A stretch of DNA of 64,000 bases, taken from NCBI RefSeq assembly GCF_053078305.1, contig NZ_CP166879.1; one strand, given 5' to 3'. Within the stretch, counting starts at the first letter, position 1. The number at the start of each line of letters is the position of its first letter. The position numbers were made by a program, and so were the translations under genes. This document shows, in pieces, positions 28,788-37,489 of the stretch. The notes under the pieces were generated by a model. It did not search any database. It saw only the letters and a program-made list of their open reading frames with translations, and was not told where the DNA came from.

Positions 28788-30122
28788 ATGTCTAAATCGA
28801 CTTTTTTACACATTCTGATTAGCTCCATCATATTGGTGGCACTAATACAATCATCCGCCTGGGCCACTTGTTCTAATACACGCGTCGGACAAACGGAGGA
28901 CGGAAGATCGGCACTCATTGAGTTCGGAAAAATTAACCTGACCGACACCTATTTTGCGCCAGTAGGCTCACTACTCGCGACAACGGTCGTACCTTCCACT
29001 AACTACACATCAGGTGGCGCGTCAGGAAGCTCCGTACTGTGGGAATGTGACGCAACAGATTTGCCAAACATCTATTTTCTGGTCGCAACCAATGGCGACG
29101 ACCGCGTGGGTGGCTTTCACAATGCAGGCGGGCCTGATGGTCTGAGTGATGTCTATGCCACCTGGTTTGCTTTTGTCGGTCTCAAGCAGACTATGGCGGG
29201 CGTGACGATTGGTCGTTACTGGAAAAAAGTGCCCATCACCAGTTATGCCACTCAGGGAACTAAAATCCAGATCCGCTTACAGGATATCCCTCCTCTTCAT
29301 GCTGAGCTTTACCGTATTAGTACGCTGCCTGATACCGCTGGCGCAACCAGTTACTGCGGTAATACCAATACTGATGGCGACGGTGTGGGGTATGCGAAAC
29401 CCTCCGGCACACCTTATAACTGCACTCAGCCTAATGCCTATATTCAGCTTTCCGGTACCAGTGGTATTCCATTTGCTCATGATGAAGTGGGCGAGGACAG
29501 TGCGGATCACTATGATTTTTGGGGTGCTGATAATGGTTTTGGTTACGGAATGCGTTCGGCCAATCGACTCTACAACAATGCCACCTGCGTTGCCCGCAGC
29601 GCCACGCCGTTAGTATTGCTGCCGACAATTGCAGAAGCACAACTGAATGCGGGCATGGAAAGTACCGGTAATTTTAATGTCCGCGTCGAGTGTAGTAACT
29701 CAGTTCAATCAGGGATTAGTGATACTCAGACAGCATTAGGAATCCAGGTATCTGAAGGTGCATATACAGCAGCGCAAAAACTGGGGATTATCAATAGCAA
29801 CGGCGGAGTCAGCGCCTTAGTCTCAGATAATTATGACGCGGCAGAGATGGCAAAAGGCGTTGGGATCTACATCTCAAACAGTGCTTACCCCGATACGGCG
29901 ATGACGCTGGTTGGTCAACCGGGCATCGCGAAGTTAACCCCCGGAGGAAATGCAGCGGGGTGGTATCCTGTATTTGAAGGGGCAACATTAGAAGGTGCGA
30001 CTCACCCCGGATACTCCAGCTATAGTTACTCTTTTATCGCCCGGTTGAAGAAACTGCCAAATCAGACAGTCAGTGCGGGAAAAGTGCGGGCAACGGCGTA
30101 TATATTGGTGAAAATGCAATGA
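28788..30122 (+). CDS. Putative fimbrial tip adhesin, two-domain (444 aa)
   Basis: Signal peptide, large Cys-containing N-terminal domain plus C-terminal pilin-like domain; position after the usher gene. Confidence 0.5.
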   Translation: MSKSTFLHILISSIILVALIQSSAWATCSNTRVGQTEDGRSALIEFGKINLTDTYFAPVGSLLATTVVPSTNYTSGGASGSSVLWECDATDLPNIYFLVATNGDDRVGGFHNAGGPDGLSDVYATWFAFVGLKQTMAGVTIGRYWKKVPITSYATQGTKIQIRLQDIPPLHAELYRISTLPDTAGATSYCGNTNTDGDGVGYAKPSGTPYNCTQPNAYIQLSGTSGIPFAHDEVGEDSADHYDFWGADNGFGYGMRSANRLYNNATCVARSATPLVLLPTIAEAQLNAGMESTGNFNVRVECSNSVQSGISDTQTALGIQVSEGAYTAAQKLGIINSNGGVSALVSDNYDAAEMAKGVGIYISNSAYPDTAMTLVGQPGIAKLTPGGNAAGWYPVFEGATLEGATHPGYSSYSYSFIARLKKLPNQTVSAGKVRATAYILVKMQ

Positions 30123-30808
30123 AATCCGTTTTGCTGCTCTTAACCGTCTTGTTCGTACAGTCAGTGGAAGCCGGCATCATGCCGGCTTCTTCACGGATTA
30201 TTTATCGCGATGGCGATCGGGAAAAGACGCTGATGTTGGTCAATACCAATGACTACCCGGTACTGGTGCAAAGTTGGGTAGATAATGGTGAAGGCTCCCC
30301 AGAAGCTGCTTCTCCTCCCTTTGTGGTGCTGCCACCGGTTTTCCGCCTGGTAGCGAAACGAACCCAGGGATTACGGATTATCTATAATCATGACCCACTT
30401 CCCCAGGATCGCGAATCTGCATTCTGGTTAAATCTTTATGAAATGCCGCCAGAAACTCCCCATCAAGATCCCACACATTTAACGCTGGCAATGAATACGC
30501 AACTTAAAATCTTTTACAGGCCAAAATCTGTAACTATGACGCCCCAAGAAGCTATGCGTAAAATAAGTTGGCATCTGGGTAACGACGGCAGCAGTAGCTA
30601 TATTGAGCTTAATAACCCAACACCACTGAATATCTCTTTCACCTCCATCAGCATTGGGGCTACAAAGGTGCAGCAAGAAAGCGATATGATGATAAAACCC
30701 TTCAGTCAACGACGGTACTGGTTAGCAAGTAATAACGTTAGTGGTGTGGTTGCGGCGACATATCTCGATGATAATGGTGCACAGATAAAACAACAATTAG
30801 CGCAATAA
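30119..30808 (+). CDS. Second periplasmic fimbrial chaperone, PapD-like (229 aa)
   Basis: PapD-family motifs (RIIYRDGDREKTLMLVN, FWLNL, LKIFYRP); start overlaps the adhesin gene stop. Confidence 0.75.
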   Translation: MKSVLLLLTVLFVQSVEAGIMPASSRIIYRDGDREKTLMLVNTNDYPVLVQSWVDNGEGSPEAASPPFVVLPPVFRLVAKRTQGLRIIYNHDPLPQDRESAFWLNLYEMPPETPHQDPTHLTLAMNTQLKIFYRPKSVTMTPQEAMRKISWHLGNDGSSSYIELNNPTPLNISFTSISIGATKVQQESDMMIKPFSQRRYWLASNNVSGVVAATYLDDNGAQIKQQLAQ

Positions 30809-30953
30809 TGCTCTGAGTGGTATGTAAACTCATCGCGATGGTTCAACGCTAACGAATAACCACTATACCCACCTGGAGTACCGGAAGTGGAGAAATGACA
30901 AAATCTCTCCACTCCATTTTCCAGTCAAAACACCTCAACGCAGCCAAAAATCG

Positions 30954-31745
30954 TTAACGAATTGAATATCCACCATCAATGACTAATAGTTGTCCATTGA
31001 CATAATCTGAAGCGGCACTGGCGAGGAACACCATTGCGCCCATAAGATCCTGTGCCCTTCCCCAGCGTTGAGCCGGTATACGCCCTTTTATTAACTCTTT
31101 TATTTTAGGGTTATTATAAATAATAGCGGTCATTTCACTCACATAATATCCTGGGGCGATACCATTAATCTGAATATTATATTCCGCAAAATCATCGGCA
31201 TACGCTTTGGTCAGCCCCGCTAAAGCATGTTTAGTCGCCGCATACCCTGGCGACCAACGTCCCCCATGAAATGACAATACGGAACACATATTAATAACTT
31301 TCCCTTTTCTTTGCGGGACAAATATATTCAATGCGGCCTGGCTCATATCGAATGCAGCATTCAGGTTGAGATTAATCATCGGATCCCAGTCGTTTCGATT
31401 GAAATCGATAGGACGATTAATGTTACACACGCCCGCGTTATTGACCAGAATATCTAACTGACCGAAACGCTCCAGACACCTATTAATAATGGTGCATGCT
31501 GCATCAGGTTTTGTTATGTCTATTGTCATAAACTCAACTTCAACGCCTTCATGAGTTAAATGCTTTAAATATTTATTATCAGGCTCTTTGATGTCTACCA
31601 ACAACAGATTAGCTCCTGCTTTGGCCAGAGCAGAGCATAAGCCTCTCCCCAGTTCACCCGCGGCCCCAGTTACGATGGCCACCTTGTTATGTAAAGAAAA
31701 AAAATCCAATGAAAAATCTTCAATAGAAAAGCTCATATCACACAT
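30954..31745 (-). CDS. Short-chain dehydrogenase/reductase, KduD/FabG-like (263 aa)
   Basis: TGAAGELGRG Rossmann motif, NNAG, and Tyr/Lys catalytic pair (YAATK). Confidence 0.7.
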   Translation of the reverse strand: MCDMSFSIEDFSLDFFSLHNKVAIVTGAAGELGRGLCSALAKAGANLLLVDIKEPDNKYLKHLTHEGVEVEFMTIDITKPDAACTIINRCLERFGQLDILVNNAGVCNINRPIDFNRNDWDPMINLNLNAAFDMSQAALNIFVPQRKGKVINMCSVLSFHGGRWSPGYAATKHALAGLTKAYADDFAEYNIQINGIAPGYYVSEMTAIIYNNPKIKELIKGRIPAQRWGRAQDLMGAMVFLASAASDYVNGQLLVIDGGYSIR

Positions 31746-32423
31746 TGCTCCTTATGAGTAAGTAATATTTAAGGTGTAATTTAAGTAATTTTTAGATTTC
31801 AATAAAAAACTAAACGTATAAAACTCAGCATGAATAATAAACATCAAATCTTATATATTTTTAAGTAGTGATGCATCACGTAAAAAATATAGTCATCATA
31901 GATGTTATGCAGTACGCACAAAAAAAACAGGCTGGAATTGCTTGCTGATTTATAATCTTTATCTAAATTACTATTGGCGCTTTGGATAATAACATAAGCA
32001 TATATTACCTCCTAGCAATAATAGAGATAACCTCATATCAAGGTGTCACTGGTAAATAATCGGATAAAAGACAGTATCGGTCGGCGCATAGAGCTTCTTC
32101 TATTTCACCAGAAGTGCACAGCAGGAACTACCAATCACACGGTTAGTGTCATGGGTGGAGGATGCGGCCCGTTCTTTCCCTATAACAGGGTTACGCAGTT
32201 TCAATCAGTACATGCAGAAAAACCCCTAATTCACATCACTGCAGAAAGCATTTAATAGAAATATACATCGTTTAAGAATTTCAATTAAATCAAGATTATT
32301 CTTAAAAATCAGATAATTCACATTTGCATTTTTAGGAAATTATACTATAGTGCACTTAATGTTCTTGCCTTTATTTTCTGAGTAATACTGGATTTGTAAT
32401 ACACAACTAAGGTATAAAATGTA

Positions 32424-33236
32424 ATGATCTACATTATAAATGATGAAGTAAGATTCAACTCATCATCTAATAAGTTAACATCACTCCTTACATCAGAGGA
32501 AGTGATACTCACTTATCCTGCGGGAAAATGCTTAAAGTTACTTTTAGATAACGCTTATAGTGTCGTGTCACACAATCAATTCTTTGAAAAAGTCTGGAGC
32601 GATAGCAGTGCCGAAGTCGCAACCAACACTTTATATCAAAATATATCGATGATAAGACGTTCTTTTCGTGAAATCAGCTCAGCGACGATATTTAATGATG
32701 TTATCAGAACGGTGCCCCGTAAAGGCTTCAAAATCAATGAAGAAATCAGCATAACTGTTCTCGACAATAATCACAATGAGAATGAAAGTGTTGAGAGTGA
32801 AGAGAATGGTACCCACACTGAAAATATAAATAAAAATCACATTGCAAAAGGTATATTTACCACAAAGAATACATTGCTTATAGTTTGTTTTTTTGCGGCA
32901 TGGGGGATAGTGTATATATCTTCTTATTTTTTCGATATGGCTTTTCAAAGCAAATCCCACACTATAAAAAAAATAGATGCTTTCTCAAATTATGCTCAAC
33001 ACCCTACTCAGGAAGGATGCAGTTATTTCTATGATAATAAATACTTTAATTCCGTAGACATGTTATCACCGATTATTGAAAAATTGCAGAAGATGGAAAT
33101 TAACTGCAAAATACATCCTTACATTTACATTGCAACAAATGATAGCATGAGCGGATTTTATGCTTTCACCTGTAGTCAGATGTTAAACTCTGAATCACCA
33201 AATAATTGCAACTCTCTCTATTATAAAGCGGAGTAA
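32424..33236 (+). CDS. ToxR/CadC-like membrane-anchored transcriptional regulator (270 aa)
   Basis: N-terminal OmpR/PhoB-type winged-helix segment (…FEKVWSDSSAEVATNTLYQNISMIRR…TVPRKGFKI), one TM helix (LLIVCFFAAWGIVYISSYFF), periplasmic C-terminus; AT-rich. Confidence 0.6.
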   Translation: MIYIINDEVRFNSSSNKLTSLLTSEEVILTYPAGKCLKLLLDNAYSVVSHNQFFEKVWSDSSAEVATNTLYQNISMIRRSFREISSATIFNDVIRTVPRKGFKINEEISITVLDNNHNENESVESEENGTHTENINKNHIAKGIFTTKNTLLIVCFFAAWGIVYISSYFFDMAFQSKSHTIKKIDAFSNYAQHPTQEGCSYFYDNKYFNSVDMLSPIIEKLQKMEINCKIHPYIYIATNDSMSGFYAFTCSQMLNSESPNNCNSLYYKAE

Positions 33237-33240
33237 TCAT

Positions 33241-33732
33241 ATGACTCAAAGATATTTTCTGTTTGCGGGAATAATTTTATGTGCTTTTATTGCAGCAATT
33301 CTGAGCCATATTGCGTTTCATCATGCCAATGAACCAGCAGAGCAAAACATATCATGTAATGCCCATGTTATTAATTTCACCGATCATACAAAAATGGATC
33401 AATATTTTTCGTTAAATATGATTTCTGAAAATAACACAGGAAACATGTATCTCACGGGCGCATACACGGTAGATGGAAAAAAGATGGGCTTCATCCGCCG
33501 ATATGTGAGTTTTACATACAAGAAATTCCGTGATACCGTTTACTTCACCACTGTTAAAATACAAAAAATACAAAAAGATGATAACATTAGTGATGAAATC
33601 CTTGAAAATATCACTTCTGATTTTTTCATAAAAGTAGACACCTCAATTAATTTTTATGTTACACGTCAAAATGATTACAACTACGTATTCTCTACAGGCA
33701 GGACACCACGCTTCATATGTATTTCCCACTAA
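33241..33732 (+). CDS. Small membrane-anchored periplasmic protein, possible ToxS-like partner (163 aa)
   Basis: Single N-terminal TM helix then soluble domain; start 5 nt after the ToxR-like gene stop. Confidence 0.4.
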   Translation: MTQRYFLFAGIILCAFIAAILSHIAFHHANEPAEQNISCNAHVINFTDHTKMDQYFSLNMISENNTGNMYLTGAYTVDGKKMGFIRRYVSFTYKKFRDTVYFTTVKIQKIQKDDNISDEILENITSDFFIKVDTSINFYVTRQNDYNYVFSTGRTPRFICISH

Positions 33733-33833
33733 CAGCATTGTTGCTTCTGGCGTTTGTCACCAGTTAATAACCTTCTGATGGCTTTGTTTATATTTTAAGG
33801 CAATAAAAAACCATTCCAATATTGGTTAATTAT

Positions 33834-35444
33834 TTATCTGTTTACATACCATTGATAAAACTCTGTCGCTTTCATTGGTTTTGCATATAAGTATCCCTGA
33901 ACTAATGTCACGTTATTATGAATAAGATATTCCGCCTGGTGAGGAGTACTGACACCTTCTGCAATCGTTATCAAATTGAGTCGATTACTCAGCTTAATAA
34001 TAATATCTAAAACTGGCGTTTCGTCTTCCGCTGTAGTGAGTGTGTCTATAAAGCTTTTATCTATTTTAAGATAATCAACAGACAACTTTTGCAGAAGGCC
34101 AAGGGAACAATATCCCGTGCCAAAATCATCAACTGCAAATTCACAGCCATGGATCCTTAATTCATTTATTTTCTGTAATGCAAGATCAGTATCTTCAACC
34201 AGATTGCGTTCGGTAATCTCAAGAACAATGTTAAATTTATCAGATATTTCATTTTTAATATGTAAAACATCAGCAACAAAATCAGGATGTGCAAGATGCT
34301 CCGCGGCAATATTTATCCCAAGGTGAAACGGCTTTTTCACTTTCCAGCTTTGTACATCCTGAATAATCAGTTCAAAGAGATGCTTAGTTAACGGTATAAT
34401 TAAATTTTCCTCTTCTGCAGCGCGGATAAAAACTACCGGAGATATATTTTTACCATCTTCGCGTTGCCAACGCATTAACGCCTCAACCCCCAGACACGCT
34501 TTGGTTGTCGTGTCACATACTGGTTGATAATGCACAGAAAATTCTCCGGATGACATTCCTTTCTTAATTTCTTCTGCCAGGGACATTTTCCGAGATATCC
34601 AGCGCTGCCATAAGAAGTACAGAATAAAAGAAAGAAGAATAGATAATGGAAGAATGTAAAATACATTACTAATGACATAGGGATATAATGAAATCATCGG
34701 CGTAGTAACTGTAAGACTAGCCTGACTGATCGCAGAATTAAAATCTTTTTTTAACATATATAACTTGTCATTATTATTTACACCACTAATAATTGCAGGC
34801 CCTTCAGTAAAGCTAAGAGAAAATGAATCATCATTCTCATCATCAAGAACATCCATCAGATCATAGATATATCGTGACTCTACAATACTAAAAGCTGTCA
34901 TATCATTCCCTATTGGCATAAGGAACACTATGGCTGTTTTACCTGGTACAAAACTTGTACCGCTAATTGATACTATGCGTGATTCTTTATTTTTATTGTG
35001 AAAGCTCGTACCGTAAACATCGTTAACATTCATTTTTTTGAAACCGCTAACTGAAGAACATATTTGGAAATTATTTTCTATAAGCCCCGTTGTTCGAACA
35101 TAGGGGGTCAATGCTCCGTTAGCAATCAATTGTTCCAGGATATCTTTGCAGGGTTTCATCACCAGAATAGAAGTAAGCTTTGTCGTATGTTTTACAATTT
35201 GCGTAACATTATCAAGCTGTTTTAACAGAATACCGGCGGTAATTGTCGTATCTCGATTCATTTGAAATACTGACATAGCAAACGACAGTAACACCCCCAG
35301 AATGCCTGGTATTATAATGAGTACAAACATTTTTTTGTTGAATACCATACATGTTTCCCCACGCATCAGGGTGATGCAACCTAAGAAATTATAGTACAAT
35401 TGCCAGTAAAAGCGGGTGATAGCAGACTGATCAATGATAAGCAT
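33834..35444 (-). CDS. Membrane-bound EAL-domain c-di-GMP phosphodiesterase with periplasmic sensor domain (up to 536 aa; start possibly at 35348)
   Basis: Two TM segments flanking a periplasmic domain; cytoplasmic EAL domain with EALMRWQ and downstream DDFGTGYCSL motifs. Gene symbol left blank because equivalence to the O157 vmpA gene is only from memory. Confidence 0.75.
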   Translation of the reverse strand: MLIIDQSAITRFYWQLYYNFLGCITLMRGETCMVFNKKMFVLIIIPGILGVLLSFAMSVFQMNRDTTITAGILLKQLDNVTQIVKHTTKLTSILVMKPCKDILEQLIANGALTPYVRTTGLIENNFQICSSVSGFKKMNVNDVYGTSFHNKNKESRIVSISGTSFVPGKTAIVFLMPIGNDMTAFSIVESRYIYDLMDVLDDENDDSFSLSFTEGPAIISGVNNNDKLYMLKKDFNSAISQASLTVTTPMISLYPYVISNVFYILPLSILLSFILYFLWQRWISRKMSLAEEIKKGMSSGEFSVHYQPVCDTTTKACLGVEALMRWQREDGKNISPVVFIRAAEEENLIIPLTKHLFELIIQDVQSWKVKKPFHLGINIAAEHLAHPDFVADVLHIKNEISDKFNIVLEITERNLVEDTDLALQKINELRIHGCEFAVDDFGTGYCSLGLLQKLSVDYLKIDKSFIDTLTTAEDETPVLDIIIKLSNRLNLITIAEGVSTPHQAEYLIHNNVTLVQGYLYAKPMKATEFYQWYVNR

Positions 35445-35541
35445 TTAAGATCATATAGTACTATGATATTTCTGAAAATTGTTACGCATGTCTGCGAATA
35501 GCTATTTAGCGCTTACCAAAATCACCCGCTAAAATGCCGCT

Positions 35542-36900
35542 TTATGGTGACTCACAAAAATTCACCACATCCCTCACAACCACCTTATTACGCCCGGTCT
35601 CTTTCGCCTCGTATAGTGCGTTATCAGCCAGTCGATAGATCTCATTCGGGTTTAACGCATTTCCCTGAGTCACAACAGCGCCAATACTAATCGTCACTTT
35701 TTGTGGTATGGCGTATTCAGGATTATCACCAGTTAAACGCTCAACATTTTCCCGAATCCTTTCCGCTAAAGCTTTCGCACGTTCAGTATCGATGTCCGTC
35801 AGCAAGACGCCAAACTCTTCGCCGCCGACGCGCGCAAAAAGGTCATCTGGCCGTATGCTTTTCCCAATGATATTCACCACTGTTTTTATCACCTGATCGC
35901 CAATCGGATGCCCCCAGGTGTCGTTGACTTTTTTGAAGTGGTCGATATCCATAAGCATGACGCAATAAGGCGTTTTTTTGGCCGATGCTGATTGAACCGT
36001 CAGTTCATTAAAAAAATAATTTCTGTTAAATATATTGGTTAAGGGATCGCGATGTGCAATGTCCTTTGTTACTCGTAGCGCACTGAATATATGGCACATA
36101 AATATTACCATAACGGTTAACTTACTGACTACTTCAATAGTGCGACTAATATACCAAATGGACACGCTATACCTGCTCATAAATAAAAGAGAGACATTGT
36201 ACAGTACGGCACAAAAAGCAATCACCGTCACTCCATTCCAGATATCATAGCGTAAACCATTAAAGTATAGATTAACCGAAAGCAAGGTTAACCACATGAA
36301 AATCATTATGGTAACATATGAAGCTTTCCAAACCACTTGACCATTTTCATTGGTTAACTCGGCAATGTGTAAATCGTAGCTCTCATAATGGCTAGAAAGT
36401 ATGTGAGCAACTATCGGCCCCCCAAGAACAAAAAACAAACTTATGCACAAAGTCATTTTTTTGGAAAATAAATTGCGCTGTTTTGTGTTTTCACTAACTT
36501 TATTCACCAATGCCAGAAATATTAATATGCACAAACTCATCTGACGAAACAAATAATAAATTGCAATGTCATTTTGAACAACACTGCTTGTCAAACGCCC
36601 CTCAATCATTTGCTGAATGATAATGACGGTTTTAACAAAGTAAATCAAACAACTCAGAAAAGCCAAACTAAGTATACAGTTTGAAAATTGCCTACGGTCA
36701 TAAATGAAATACAACTGCATAAAAATAAATGCAACAGTATCGATAAAAAATAAAGCAATCATTACCATCAGATAGGTTGATAGTGGAACAACCTCCTCAA
36801 CGCCTGGCTGATTAAACCAACTATTCACCAAAACCAAAGCAAGCCCAAACAATAAGCTCACTAAGACAGTACTACTAATTCTCAAATAGTCTTTTTCCAT
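35542..36900 (-). CDS. dgcT: Membrane-anchored diguanylate cyclase DgcT/YcdT (452 aa; ORF track extends 41 codons upstream)
   Basis: Multi-TM N-terminal domain plus GGDEF domain (RVGGEEFGVLL); N-terminus MEKDYLRISSTVLV matches recalled YcdT; divergent from pgaA. Confidence 0.85.
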   Translation of the reverse strand: MEKDYLRISSTVLVSLLFGLALVLVNSWFNQPGVEEVVPLSTYLMVMIALFFIDTVAFIFMQLYFIYDRRQFSNCILSLAFLSCLIYFVKTVIIIQQMIEGRLTSSVVQNDIAIYYLFRQMSLCILIFLALVNKVSENTKQRNLFSKKMTLCISLFFVLGGPIVAHILSSHYESYDLHIAELTNENGQVVWKASYVTIMIFMWLTLLSVNLYFNGLRYDIWNGVTVIAFCAVLYNVSLLFMSRYSVSIWYISRTIEVVSKLTVMVIFMCHIFSALRVTKDIAHRDPLTNIFNRNYFFNELTVQSASAKKTPYCVMLMDIDHFKKVNDTWGHPIGDQVIKTVVNIIGKSIRPDDLFARVGGEEFGVLLTDIDTERAKALAERIRENVERLTGDNPEYAIPQKVTISIGAVVTQGNALNPNEIYRLADNALYEAKETGRNKVVVRDVVNFCESP

Positions 36901-37249
36901 AAAGCTACACCAACCTGTAGGTTGTAGATCCCTTTCTATTATTAATAGATATAAGAACTGTACAGTTGTCAATATGAAAACCCACTCACAAACAATACCG
37001 ATGATGATAGTTGCAGGCCGCAATTATTATTACCTTAGTGCTTTATACATTCTTTGCGACAAGACAGGCTTGCAAATATTTATAAATGGTTATAAGGAAA
37101 TCCTTATAAAACATTCATTCATAGATATATTAGGAATAACAATTGAATCCGTGAGTACAGTAACGCTGCATTTCATCAGGACTTTCGAAAAATCCGAAAT
37201 CATGCATCGGAATTTACTGATTTAATTATTTTACTCCTAATTTATTTTG

Positions 37250-37489
37250 AAAAAGGCATTGGGATTTATGCCGTATTCCTGAAGATCCTCATCATTGGAA
37301 TGGATTTTCGGGCGAGAAAAGGATTTTATATGGACACTCTGCTCATCATTTCTTCTTCTCATCATCAACAATTCACGTCTCTCTTCCGCGTTTAATAACG
37401 GATTATGAGGTGCAAAAAAATATCTTTCTTTTCAGTTACCTGTCATTAGATACAGAGAGAGATTTTGGCAATACATGGAGTAATACAGG
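37250..37489 (+). promoter_or_regulatory. pgaA 5' leader region with multiple GGA motifs (candidate CsrA-binding sites), one overlapping the SD/start (acaggatgt)
   Basis: GGA motifs read directly (cattggaatggatttt, aaaaggatttt, ataacggattatgagg, catggagtaatacaggATG); CsrA control of the pgaA leader is established for K-12. Confidence 0.5.
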
